A stretch of 64,000 nucleotides of DNA, from assembly GCF_009834535.1 (NCBI RefSeq), contig NC_045697.1:51524001-51588000 (forward strand). Reading direction: 5' to 3'. The stretch comes from Camelus ferus. Lineage: Eukaryota. The translations under genes and the position numbers were made by a program. Position 1 is the stretch's first letter. Every line of letters starts with the position of its first letter. Shown piece by piece: positions 26,200 to 38,589 of the stretch. The notes under the pieces were generated by a model, which was not told the DNA's origin, did no database searches, and worked only from the letters and a program-made list of their open reading frames with translations.

Positions 26200-26640
26200 G
26201 TTCAAAATTGTACAAATTAAACAAGTAATAAGTATACAGGAAAAGTAATTAATGCAATTTATGTCATACCCACTCACACCCTCTGATGAGGTAACCAATG
26301 TTAACAGATTGGTGTGCATCCTTTTCTATGCTGCTGCAGGGCAAATACAGATAAAGCTATGCATACATAGAGAGCTGTTCCTTTGCATTTTAAAAGGGGC
26401 TAAACTTCACACCTTACTTTGAAACGTGCATTCTCATTTAATAATACATCATGGACAGACAACATTCCTGTTTTAGAAACATCAATTGATCCAATCTTTT
26501 TACTGTTGCATACTATTCTGTAGTATAATGCTTTGTAGTTTAATCAACCACTCCACTCTTGAGGGACCTTCAAATTGCTCCCAGGTCATACTATAACAAT
26601 GCTATAATAAGTGTGCATATTATAAGCTTTTACAGAGTTT
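26200..26640 (-). mobile_element. Ancient L1ME 3'UTR remnant
   Basis: gaggtaaccaatgttaacagattggtgtgcatcctt...aacaatgctataataa. Confidence 0.55.
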
Positions 26641-26850
26641 TTCTACAGGTTGTCATAGTGGATGCCCAAAATGTGTGTTGAATGAGTCAACACGTGTGTA
26701 TAGGAATTCCTCAATTTTTTTCTTTTGTAGATGCCAAGTGCTTTCCTTTATTGTGAATCCTTGCAAGCAACCAATTCTCAAGTTTCCAGTGGTGGGAGTG
26801 GTGATTCTCAGCTTTGATCCTTTTCAGTCTTATGAAGGCATCCTCTAAGC

Positions 26851-28222
26851 CAGCAGCCCACAAACTTGTTGGTCTCAGGAACCTTACACTGTCAAAAATT
26901 GCTGAGAACCCCAGAGAGCTTTTTGTTCATGGAAGTAATACCTATTAATATTTACCATACCAGAAATTAAAACTGAGAGATTAAAAAATACTTATGTTTT
27001 CCTTTCAAAGTAACAATAATAAATGCATTATATAGTATCATAAATATTTTATGAAAAGTAGTTATTGTTTCCAAAACGAAGAAACAAAATTAGTGGAAAG
27101 AGTGGCATTGGGTTTCTTTTCTGCCCATTTCTTTAATATCTAGCTTAATAGAACACAGGTGGATACTGGTATCAGCATCTGCATTCTGATAAGTTGGTTG
27201 AACAATATAAAGAAAATTTGGGTTCATACAAATATGTAGTTGGAAAAGAGGAGCATTTTAATAAATTTTCAGATAATTATAGATATTCTTTGATGCTGTA
27301 TCAAAACTTGACAAGAGATAGTTTCATAAAGGTTATGTGCAATGTGGAGTCTGAAATCATTTCAGTAAGGGTGTACTCTTTTCACTTTGAAATTCATTGT
27401 CCTATCTTGATTCTTGAATGGATCTTTTACTTATAAAGTGGTCATTTAAAAAATATTGATCCCTGAGTTATGTAGGCTTTCAAATGTAGTTGTTAATATC
27501 ACAAGCAACACAAAAAAGTCTTTTAGTAGTAAGAAGATGTGAAGATGTTAGTGGTAGATACTAATTTTCTAAAATCTTAATTTCCACTTTAAATCTCAAA
27601 GATTATCATTGGAAGCATATACAGTTAATTATTTACCTTGAAGTGACAGACTTACTTCATTCATTTTGAATAAAATATTTGCCAGACACCCAGTTATAAA
27701 TAACTGTAGCGTGTCTGTCATTGGTTCCTTCAAGCAAAATGGTGCTTCCTGGAAAAGAGACTACTTTAGCTTATAATTCAAGCAATCTCACAGACGTTTT
27801 TCTTGAGTCAGTCTTTGTACTTCCATTTGCAGCCGCAATGCTTTATACATATTCTTGTTTATTTCTTCCTACAGAATATTAAAAAGATGCGTATTCAATG
27901 GTTAAGACTTAAGAAAAGAAAATCAGTATGCTTTCATGCATCATCAAAAGCATTCTTAAATGTAACTTTTTTTTTCTTGCAAGTGTCTGACAGTGAAGAA
28001 ATTAATAACTACTTCTACAATTTGGTTCCAGTACCTGGATTCATATTAGGGCCCCCCACCCCCCAGTTTTATCCTACATTGCTTTTGTACCATCAGTGCA
28101 AATACCAATACAGTGAAAAAGGCAATGGATTTTGTTTTTATTTTGAAAGTATTATGACCTCATTATCCCCCTGAAAGTGTTTCAGGTAACTTTAAAGGTA
28201 TAGTCAATGTTGAGAACTACTC
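26851..28222 (+). mobile_element. hAT-Charlie DNA transposon, Charlie1a-like internal-deletion derivative
   Basis: Starts CAG..cacaaacttgttggtctcaggaaccttacactgtcaaaaattgctgagaacccc, as in the recalled Charlie1 terminus. Ends ttgagaactactc (decayed TIR). Flanked by 8-mers ctctaagc / ttctagat. Confidence 0.8.
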
Positions 28223-28230
28223 TTCTAGAT

Positions 28231-28392
28231 CAGTGCTTCTCAAAAATTAATGCACACACAAATTGCCTGGAGACTTCATTAAGATACAGATTCAAATTCA
28301 CATAATCTTGAGGTGGGACCTGGAAGTTGCATTAGTAGCATGTTCCCAGGTGAAGATGATGCTTCCTGCAGGTGGCTACACTTTGAGTACTG
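28231..28392. mobile_element. MER5-family MITE (hAT-Charlie)
   Basis: TIRs cagtgcttctcaaa ... tttgagtactg; internal ttcccaggtgaagatgatgc. Confidence 0.8.
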
Positions 28393-28401
28393 TCTCTAAA
28401 C

Positions 28402-28609
28402 CTGCACCATCAATATAGTGGCCACCAGCTCCATGGGACTACTTTGATTTAAATGCATAGTAATTAAGACTAAATAAAATTAAATGTTCAATTAATCAGT
28501 CATATTAGCCATATTTGATCACTCAAAGCCATCTGAGGCTAGTGGCTTTCGTACTGGACAGAACAAAGAGAACATTTCTGTCACCCCAGAAAGTCATTGG
28601 ACAACGCTG
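28402..28609 (-). mobile_element. MER3 MITE (hAT-Charlie)
   Basis: ctgcaccatcaatatagtggccaccagc...gctagtggctttcgtactggaca...ttggacaacgctg, followed by ttctagat. Confidence 0.8.
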
Positions 28610-29039
28610 TTCTAGATGGTTTACACGGAGTTAATAATGACAGGCTCATGTAACTGTATTTATTTTTTGAATGTTAATCAGAAGCTATCCTTCAAAACAT
28701 GTGGGGGCAACTTATGAATAACTTCACCATTTTTCTGATCAATGCAAAAAAGGCAAATAATTTAGGATTTTATGTTTTAAACCTAATAGCTTTAAATTAC
28801 TGGATTAATTTCTTAAAAACTCCTTAGTGCCATGTCTTTATGAGTTAGGTAAATTAATATTGCCAAAGCTGGTGTGTGATAGTCTATTTTTTGTAGAAGA
28901 AAGAATTCTATTTAAAGAGTTAAATGATTACGAGTAACTGATATGGAGATAGAAAAATCCATGCTCACTGTAAATGATTTTCATAATCAAAATATAGTCT
29001 TCCATACAACTCACAAGGAACAATTTCAGTGAAAAAAGC

Positions 29040-29950
29040 TCCACTGAGGAGAATAAAAGATTACGCCTCAAAGGTTAGCAGGCGGGATAGTGTTTGTCCT
29101 GGGCACATGCCAGTGCAGCGTGCTGAGAGGCATTCCTTGGAGTCCGCTGGGCAGTTCTTGCTCTGATGAGAGCTGGCCAAGCTCTGCATACCCCACCTGA
29201 CTCAAGGAAACGTTCCAAGGTAGGCTTTCCAACAGCATTCCTAGTCTGCAAAGTTCGCAAGCTGAGACGAGCCTAGCTGGAGTGAAGAGCAAGTAAAAGC
29301 TAACAAAAATAAAAAGAGGAAAGTGGGGAGGCTGTTCTAGATTTTTCTGCAGGCACTTCTGTAGGCTGTATTCAGTCACCTCTCTCCCCATAAGCACAGT
29401 TTACCATATACTTGTGAAGAATAACTTGTAAATGTAGCACACCTGAAACAAAGCTTGTTCTTTGGGGCTAGAGGAATATTTCAGTAGCAAAGGAAAAAGC
29501 CTTTTGTCAAGCATTACAGTTTTAAAAGTGGATGTGGTGCTGGATGTTTTGGGAGAACTGAAAAATTCCTACCCAGTTAAGGGTCTCTTTTTGTATATCT
29601 AACGTGCTTCCATAAAATTCTTCAGTCAGAAGACAAAGAGAGCGTTCCATCAGTCTCTGCCACTGGCTTGCCATCGCCCAGAAGCATGAGATCAGCAGCT
29701 CTTACAATTTCATCCTCCAGGGTAGGTGGAGATGCTTTTCTTGTCAGTTGGACTCTTATTTGAGCGGATGTCTCTTGGCTTTGAAACTTTTCAGAAGCTA
29801 GTAACATACCCCCACAAGAAGCAGACTGATGAACCCCATTGGAATCTCCACCTAAGAAACACATTTTTTCTCTTGCCACATTAGCTGTCAGTCTGTGGTT
29901 TTGAGTCTTTAACTGGCACCACCATTCTCACTGCCTCCCAGCTCCCATGT
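29040..29950. promoter_or_regulatory. Candidate regulatory or non-coding exon block in unique sequence
   Basis: No repeat recognised. CpGs are locally retained (29065-29270), there is an AP-1 site TGACTCA at 29198-29204, and splice-like signals occur on both strands. Confidence 0.35.
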
Positions 29951-31940
29951 TCATGTCAAAGCCAGGTCTTAACTCTGTGCTTGGATCTTGGAGTCAAATC
30001 TCAGTGGTCACCATTATTGTGAGAGGTCAGACAGGGGACATTGTGTTTGCTTTTTGGTTGAAATAAAAATAGGGACATTTTAGGTTAAAAAGCAAGATTT
30101 CCTTTTGCTCTTAGATGTGGAGATGAGGGGTGAGGGGAGGTAGATGTGCCGTGCTGGGCTGGCCTTTTTACAGACAACCTTCTGTGGGAGCTCAGTCCAC
30201 GGTGCCTGCCCCTCTCAGGCAGGTGTGGCCTATTGCCTTCCTGCCAGTCCCCACCTGGGCCACTTACCTCAGTTATTCCACCTGCCTGGGCCCCACATTT
30301 GCTTGTGCTCCTCCTGGTTTAGAGCACCAGTCTCTTGTCAGCCTCGTAATCTAGCATCCCTCTGGGCATCAGAGTGATACCTGTTCAGCAGCACCACAGT
30401 AGGAAATGTCAGCTTGTAAAGAGAGGGAACAATTGGCGTTTGCCAAGAACCTACAGTGTGCCAGGTCACGGGTTAGGTGCCAGCAGATGGTGGGCCTTCT
30501 AAACTTACTTGTCAAGAGAAAGAAGAAAATCAAAGGAATTTCTTATGGAATTTTCACAACTAAATCTGTTAATATGTATTAGGACTTGACAGTCTTAATA
30601 TTAAACACAATGGAGTAAATAAACCCTGAAGGTAAGCAGGAAAGGTTTTCTTAGAATCCTCCACCTATTCCTCCTTAAAGGCGAAACAGTTTGAAGTTCT
30701 CACGTCTGCACTGAGAATTTTCTTTTGTTTCTCCTTGGTTTCAGCATCATTATCTCAAATTTTAATGTGCTTAAAATATTGTATAGAATTGTACATAAAG
30801 CCATGGATTCTCAGATTTTATAGTTTTCTTAAACGATTATCCAAGAGTAACTTTCTCTCTAATTGAGTTTTGCCTTAGAAGCTAATTTTCTTATCTACCC
30901 TTGGGAAAGAAGAAAGATTCTAAGTTTTAGCATTACTTCAAAACTGTATTTTGGAGAGACTAGACAAATGTCTTGTAATAAGTACAGGTTTAATTCTGAG
31001 TACTTTGAAATGAGACTGAGTAGTATGAAATTAGCCCCCCTTTTTTCTTTCAGAGTTGACATCTTTGGGGACAATTATTACATAAATGAAGTGCTTTTTT
31101 TTTCCAGCTAAAAGCTTCAAGGACACAGGGTTGTTCTCTGTACTTGCAACCAGGCTTAATTTTTTCCAACTCAGAACAAATGTCATAAACTACTTGTTCT
31201 CAGAAAGAGCAGTTCATCATCAGCTACAGAAAAACAGAGATGATAGACATTTACAAATGTGTTAGGTGACTGACTATTCTAATATGCTCCTACTGTAAAA
31301 CCAATTTATTCAACTATTTAAGAGGGCATTTTGTAATTAATTGTCTTCAAAGATGAAGTTCCACCTAAATTTGGAAGTTCCCCAGGAGTCACTGTGGAGG
31401 TCATTTTTGGTGAGGTAGCTGATTGGTAGTAAAAGCCCTTAAAATATTCTAGGAGAAAAATCATCCATTCCAGTAGATTTCAGCCGATTACTTGACTGCT
31501 CACTCCACTCCAAAAGTTCATCTCCTAGTGATGGCCATTCATCGTAGGTTGAGATTTAGTTGATTTTACCTGCAGGAGCACTGGGAGGGCACCTTTATGC
31601 AATAGCCTGTTAACAGGGGCCTCGCCAAGGTGCGCTAGAAGGACTTCACTTTTAGGCTTTTGCCATCATCTTTGAATAATGTTGCACATTATTTAAATGA
31701 AAATAAATGAAGGTGTGTGTCAGATAGTTCACCCTTAGTCCTTTTAGTAGACAGTATTGTCTAAGGTGATATTAACCTTTTCTCTTGAAACTTGTAATTG
31801 TCTTATGAATAAAACAGTTATATTGCAGTGTCTTTCTATGTTAAAGATGCTTATTTTGTCTGTCATAAAGACTTCAACTATATCACAGTTTTTGAACCTT
31901 GTTTTGGTGTTTCTTCACTGAGAAATAAAAGGAATAAATA

Positions 31941-32164
31941 CAGCTGACCCTTGAACAACATGGGTTTGGACTACTCAGGTCCCCCCATATGGGGATTTTT
32001 TTCAGTAGTGAATACTGTGGTACTACACAATCTGAAATTGGTTTAATCCGGGGATGCGGAACTGTGGATGTGGGACTGCACAGTGTAACTGTAAGTTACA
32101 GGCAGATTTTGGACTGCTGGGAGGGACAGCACCCCCACCCTCTTGCCTTGTTCCAGGTCAACTG
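31941..32164 (+). mobile_element. Tigger2-derived MITE (MER8/Tigger2a-like, TcMar)
   Basis: TIRs cagctgacccttgaacaa / ttgttccaggtcaactg with a TA duplication on both sides. Confidence 0.85.
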
Positions 32165-33009
32165 TATGAGGAACCTCAAAAAGTAGGAGTGTCCTGAGCC
32201 GCTCTGGGCCTCTGAGAATCCCTGCTTGCAATGTAAATCACACGGAGTTATTTTCAATAGACAACTTTGAATATTAGTTTATGTGGTGCAATTAGATAAT
32301 TCAGCCACAATTAATCACGATCTAATTCTTGCCAGAATCTCTCTTAGGGGCAGCCTAATTTGCGTGTTAATGTTGTTATGTAGCTTTGTCTCTGTGTTAC
32401 CTGAGTAAGGATGCTAGTTTGTGTGTTGTTAGCCAGGCCGTTATTCAGGCTCCTGTGGAAATGCTGTCACTGTGTGAAGATTTCCTTTTGGCTCTCAGCT
32501 TTTGTAGAAGGCTACAGCTTTTGAGAAGACTCATTTTAGGTATCATTTATTCCAGTTCCTTCCTTTTAGAAATAGAGAAACTATTTAATTTGAAACACTT
32601 GCTCAAAAAAACGCAAAGATAGTTAAGTGGCGGAATCAGAACTTGGAAACCATCTCCCTTTTCCTTTTTGTGGCAGCTCCTCCATTGTGTGTCCTTTCTC
32701 TGCAGGCACTTTATCATAGATTCTGGTTTTGACCACCTTGGGTGAGCAGTGATGAGTAGAAAACATTCATTCTGCTGAATGTTTAGGAAATTGTTCAAGA
32801 TAATCCACACACTCATGTTTATTCATTGCCAACATGAGTACTTCCACAAGGAGTCCACACTCCACATACTGAGGGGAGACTTGACTAGAGGGTCTGTGTT
32901 GGCCAGGTATGATGCAATATGGCTCTTTGTATAGATTCTGAAATCAGTTAAAATTAAACAGAGCATCAAATTTAATACCACCATTGCTTGTATAATAAAA
33001 TCATTCTAA

Positions 33010-33215
33010 CATAAGCACTAGGACCAGACTATGTGGTTTCAGATATATTCTACCATATCAGTCTTGGGACTTTGAGTAAGTAACTTTACCTCTCTGTGAT
33101 TCAGTTTCCTCATTCTTAAAATGGGGCTAATAATAGTTCTTATAGAGTTGGTGTAAAGAATAAATAAAATATTACATGCATAGATTTTGGAACATTGCCT
33201 GGAACCTAGCCATTA
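33010..33215 (+). mobile_element. MIR SINE
   Basis: gactttgagtaagtaactttacctctctgtgattcagtttcctcattcttaaaatggggctaataatag. Confidence 0.8.
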
Positions 33216-35060
33216 CTGGTATTTTTATAGTTTAATCCAAGTTTTCTTACTAAAAGTCATGCATAATGGGAGTTTTGGAGCATTCATCTCAAATAGATAA
33301 ATATTTTTTTATATTATATTTGTATCACTGTACTATTACATATCTTATATAAACTACAAAGTAGAAATTAAAATTGATGAAATAAAAAATTAAAACTTCT
33401 TGGAGGCCAAGAGACTGTTTTGCATGTATCTCCACTGGAAACTCTGGATGTCACTGGTCTACTCTCATGCCCTGTATTTTATGCTATTTCTTCCTTCAAC
33501 TTTCATAGTCTACCATCAGCTACAAAATGAGCAAAGGACAAGCTTCTTTCCTCTCCCAAAGCAATCATTCCCACGATAACATTGCTAACTTTAATCAAAT
33601 TTAGTGGTTTAAAGTGCTGGTAAACTTACAACGTGTATCTTCAGTAATTAAGGATTTCCCCCCATCTGGCACCAGTGGAATTATTCTGTGGCCATTAGTC
33701 ATAGGCTATACCAAATCACATTGTACACTCAGTAGTTAGAATTTTTTTGTTGCTTAAATCTGAAGACTATAATAGCTTTCAGTGTCTTTGTTTTTTTAAA
33801 AAAAGTTTTGTTTATAGATGGAAATGCATCAAAAGTTCTCTTTCTTTTCATATGTTTTAGTTTGTCAGTGAAGGATTTTGCATGTGGTCCTAGTTACCAT
33901 AGGGAACCAGAGACATTCCACTGAGGTCTTGGATGTTCCATATGTCAGAGTCCCAGATGGGCTGCAGATGACGTTTAAAATGAAGATTGTCTTTGGGTAG
34001 CTTTACACTAAGATGTATCAAACACAATTTGTTAGATGATTAATGCTACAGGGATTATTTTTCTCTTTATTTTTTGTGGTTACAGAAGTTGTTGAGGCAT
34101 CTCTAAGATGATAAGCAATTATGAAAATTCAAATCCGTTTTTATTTAAGGATTTATGTTGATTACCCATTTTCATTCTAGAGGAGAAAAAGTGCTTCTTC
34201 AATTAATAATGACACAATAAGCATGAGTGCACAATTGGAATTGTTAGTAAGTTTAATTTATGTTTCAGATATAATTTTAAAACACAATTATTACATATTA
34301 TCACACATTGTATTATTATCCTATATTAAGATTATCCTAGAGTTTACCTATATTATTTCATAAATATTAATCTACCCCATGTTACTTTACATATAAAAAA
34401 TTTTATCTTTAGTTGGCAAAGATTCATTCAGTTATCGTAATTTTAAATATTTTGAGGGAATGCTGTGGGAATTTATAAAGAATGTAGAAGACATAGTACA
34501 GAACTTCATGTAAGTAAAAAGTCATACAGGGATAAAGTATTTAGAAATACAACTAAGCAATCTTAAAACATAATTACACATAGCAGTGATTATCTAAGTG
34601 CAAAAATCGTAAAGGTGGTTGGTTCAGAGAAAGTTGAGAATAATTAACTGAAGTATCTGAATCCAGCTATGATTAAACTAGAATGACTTTATGATTTTTG
34701 AGGGTTTTTAATAAGTATTTTTAAGGTTTAGAGGAGGGGAGGAAACAGCCTTTAGAGAGTTAATATGATGTATGAGGGACAGGAATTGGGGGTTGTTGAA
34801 AGGCTTCTTGGTCCAGGTCTTAAATTTGAGGATTCCTCATATGTTGGCTGTTATTTGGGTACCAACTGGTACAAGAAAGGAGTAATCTACATCATAAATG
34901 TTGAGATTAGCCTGGGATATTCTCTACTTAGTTTTCTAGGCAGCATATTGCAAACAATTATAGGGGTTGTTGGTAAACATGCATAATTATTTGTAAAAGA
35001 TAAGCCAGTTTTGCTGAAGGAGATCAATGTAACCCTAGGTCCCACTTCAAGGATAGTTTG

Positions 35061-35606
35061 TGTAGTGATTAGTTTCATGTGTTAACTTGGCTAGACTCTG
35101 ATATCCAGTTGTTTGGTCAAACACCAGTCTAGATGTTGCTGTGAAGGTATTTTTTAGATGTTATTAACATATAAATTAGCAGACTTTGAATAAAACATTG
35201 TTTTCCATGATGTGGATGAGTCTCATTCAGTAATTTGGAGACCTTATAAGAAAAGTCTGAGAACTGACAAGGAAGAAGGAATTCTGCCTCCATACTGCGT
35301 TTGGACTCAAGACTGGAATATCAGCTCTTCCTTGGGTCTCTAGCCTGCCAGCCTGCCCTGTAGACTTTGGACTTAACCAGACTCCACAACTGCATGAGCC
35401 AATTTCTTAAACTAAATCAATCTCTTTCCTCTCCCTTCCCTTCCCCTCCATCCCCCCTCTTCCCCCCTCCTCTTTGTCCTCCTCCTCCTTCTTCCTTCTT
35501 CCCTCTTCCCCTTCCCCCTCCCCCTCCTTCTTCTTCCCCTTCTCCTTTTTCTCTGTAAATTCACTTTTAATTGGTTCTGATTCTCTGCAGAACTCTGACT
35601 AATACA
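35061..35606 (+). mobile_element. ERVL solo LTR (MLT2C/D-like) with an expanded C/T-rich low-complexity tract at ~35421-35555
   Basis: tgtagtgattagtttcatgtgttaacttggctag...ccagtctagatgttgctgtgaaggtattt...gaactctgactaataca. Confidence 0.85.
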
Positions 35607-35924
35607 GTGTATGAATATTGCCTATTACTCATGGTAATTGATCTTTCCTGAAAAGCACAGCAGGATTTTATCTTTCAGTAACCATAAATGCTACCTCTAT
35701 CTATTCAGGAAACAATGTCAAAAATGCAGTCACATAGTCACTTTTAAATATATAATAGTCATATTTTTATATTTATTTGTAGCATGCGCCATAAAAATAT
35801 ATTCCTGGAAATTAAAAAAAATTTTACATTGTCCATTTATGTCTTTGTTACTTTTAAACTTGAGTCACATAAAATAGAAGGATTGTGTACTCACATTTTA
35901 TTTAATTGTACATAGAACTATCAT

Positions 35925-35995
35925 TTTTTCCCTTCCTTCCTTTTTTCTTCCTTCTTTTTTCTTTTCTTTTCTCCTTCCTTCCTTCCTTTCTTTTT
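35925..35995. repeat. Pyrimidine-rich (TTCC/TTTC)n low-complexity tract
   Basis: Directly visible. Confidence 0.8.
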
Positions 35996-36239
35996 ATCAG
36001 CTCTCTAATAATATTTTGAGGGCTGTTTATAATTTTTCATTATATGAGTATTTTCATTTGCCATTAATAGAAAATAACATATTTTAATCACACAATGAAT
36101 TCCTTGATTTTAGGTCATATTTAGGAAATAGTTTAGTGGAAAAGTGTGGAAATACAGGGATTAAACTTCAAAATTTTTATTCTACTAATAATATATGTCT
36201 CTGATTTATTGCTTTATCGTTTATCCTCAAATTTATTAC

Positions 36240-36350
36240 ATTTAATCATATGAAATTACTGATATTCAACCACTTATGATCTACAAAATCTTTTTTATTG
36301 TAAAAAGTTATTTATGATCTACAAAGATATCAGTTTTATCATTGAGCCCA
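36240..36350 (+). mobile_element. MADE2-like mariner MITE remnant with internal duplication
   Basis: aatcatatgaaattactgatattcaaccacttatgatctacaaaa resembles the recalled MADE2 sequence (AACCATATGAAATTGCCGATATTCGACCGTTTTTGACCTACAAAA). Confidence 0.55.
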
Positions 36351-37821
36351 TCCAAACCTAAAGACACTCCACTGACACCTAAGACTACCTACATTTGAGC
36401 GTGAGAAGAGATTACAACAGCAAGTGGCCTCAAAGTCCAAATGCTGCTCCCATCTCACTGAACTAGTTAAGGAAGTCTCCTGCCCTTGGTAGCTCAATTA
36501 TAAGAGAGATCAATCCTGTGAGGTGATCAGGAGGATGTTTCAAGCATAGTATAAAGAAGACAGCTCAGTGACAAGGGAGATTTATTGATGAATTTTAATG
36601 CTGTAATGATGGGTTCTGTCTTTTAAGGACAATATTTTGAGTGATAGGGGTTAAAAAATATAATACTCTCACAGCTAGGAAATGTGATTTCTATTTGGAA
36701 AGTTAGGAAGTCAAGAAGATGATAAAATAAAGGAAGAGAGGCTCTTTTATAAAATATAATAAGAGGGCCAAGACCAAATCATGGCTCTGAGATTCATGGG
36801 AAAAATTAGAATCAGGATCACAAAAATAATCAACAGTCTATTAAAAGTAGAAATAGAAACAAATCAATGTAATATAATCATAAAGTAATTTGATACCACT
36901 AATGTATTATAAAAATTTTAAGAAATGATAGCAAATAATGCTTGAGAAAATTCATAAATGAATGGTTTATTTTGAAAAACATTTTCAAAATTTTTATAAT
37001 TCAAAATATTTTGCTTTGGGGTAGTTATTTTCTACTAATTTAAACCATGTTATTAGTTCACACATAAAAAGAATTCTTTGAAAAAGATAAATGGGGTAGG
37101 ACTGAAATGAGGAAAGGATGATGAGGGAAGTATAATGTTTTATTACAATATAATACAGGGTAAGTTTTGGGGCGGTTCAGCTAGGGCTGTTGCTCTGATT
37201 ATATGTGGGTGAACTACAATATTTGTGTTAAAACAGTGCTCTGAGTTTTGTGTAGTAGAATTTGTCATGTAACATGTGGTTCACTGAAGGTCATTCCCTC
37301 AAGTACATGATGTGCTTTGTGAAGTTTGAAACCAGTAATCTTGACAGTACATAAAATGGTAGGATTGAAATGAGGTCTGGACAAGATGCCACAAGACGAA
37401 ATACCAGAAGGAAGATAATGCCACAGTGCTGTCTGCCTTGTAATCACTCCTGTATCTACTTACTTTAGTTTCTTTTTGTTTGTTTGTTTGTTTTCAGTTG
37501 AACTATAACTCAAATATTTGAGTCAATTCAGTGGATTCTTAAGGTCATCTGCTTACTTGATTTTTGCAGTATAAATAATTATAGCATAATTTTAAAATGT
37601 TTAAATTTGCCAAGGAGATACAGATTAAGAAAAGAAAATTAGAGGAGATGTCCTATCTTTAAATTCTAGACCCTCTTGTAGAAGATGAAGGCTTCTTCTG
37701 TGATGCTTTAGACTAGAAATGTATCAACTGGCAGTCTTCAAGTGTTGATGGAGCCATATAGGGATTTTTAAATGGAAACACTGCAGATAAAAAATCTTTC
37801 AAGCTTCTCTTGAAAACTGAG

Positions 37822-37862
37822 ACTGCCTTGGCAACATCGGGCCTGACCCCTCCCATGGCAAC
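37822..37862. promoter_or_regulatory. Two tandem RFX X-box-like motifs
   Basis: actgccttGGCAAC (37822-37835) and cctcccatGGCAAC (37849-37862) each match GTTGCCATGGCAAC at 11/14. Confidence 0.4.
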
Positions 37863-38029
37863 AATCATTTGTGGAGTAGCAGCGACCTCTCTTAGACTCG
37901 GCAAGTGCTCTTTTGTCTGATGCAGCCCCACCACTCCTGACCGACTTCATGAAACTGTTATCTATAGGATTTCTGTAGGCATCTGAGTTTATGACTCAGA
38001 AAGAGATATTTTAGATCCACATGACTACT

Positions 38030-38249
38030 TTTTTTTGAGGTAGACTTGACGAATAACATTATAGTAGTTTCAGTTGTACAACATAATGATGGGACATTTG
38101 TGTACATTACAAAGTGCTCACCATAGTAAGTTAGCACCTGTCACCATGCATAATTCCAATTTTTTTCCTTGTGATAAGAACCTTCAAGATCTACTCTCTT
38201 AGCAACTTTAAAATATGCAATGAAGTATTATTAACTATAGTCCCCACAG
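38030..38249 (-). mobile_element. Short 5'-truncated L1 3' end (L1MA9-like)
   Basis: Poly-T, then tgtacaacataatgat...aagatctactctcttagcaactt. TSD catgactacttt (38020-38031) / catgacaacttt (38250-38261). Confidence 0.85.
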
Positions 38250-38589
38250 CATGACAACTTTAGCCTTCTAATAGTGAGACAGGCTGCCTCAATGAGGCAG
38301 TGGATGGTCCTGAAGTGTTAGAGTCTGAATATGAGATTTGGCTAGATGGCCTCCTAAAATTGTTCTCATCTGTATAAACTCCTTTGATTCGCTTCATTCG
38401 CTTAGCATCATTTTCTGAGAAGTGTTAGTCTTCACAAATTTCACCTTTTAAAAAATCTTTTTATACAAAAAATAGTAATTTTATGTAGTAAGAAATGAAG
38501 ACATACAATTAATTAGTATATGCTTTAGGTAGTGAATGGAAAATGTCCATCCCTGAACCCAGGGCCTTACTGTCCAACATATCTGTTTG

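Noticed and set aside
26710..26820. Strong pyrimidine tract plus AG followed by ATG
   Set aside because: Resembles the continuation of the adjacent antisense L1ME remnant, and there is no convincing donor.
30583..30637. Strong donor AAG|GTAAGC
   Set aside because: All three frames upstream contain stops and the acceptor is weak.
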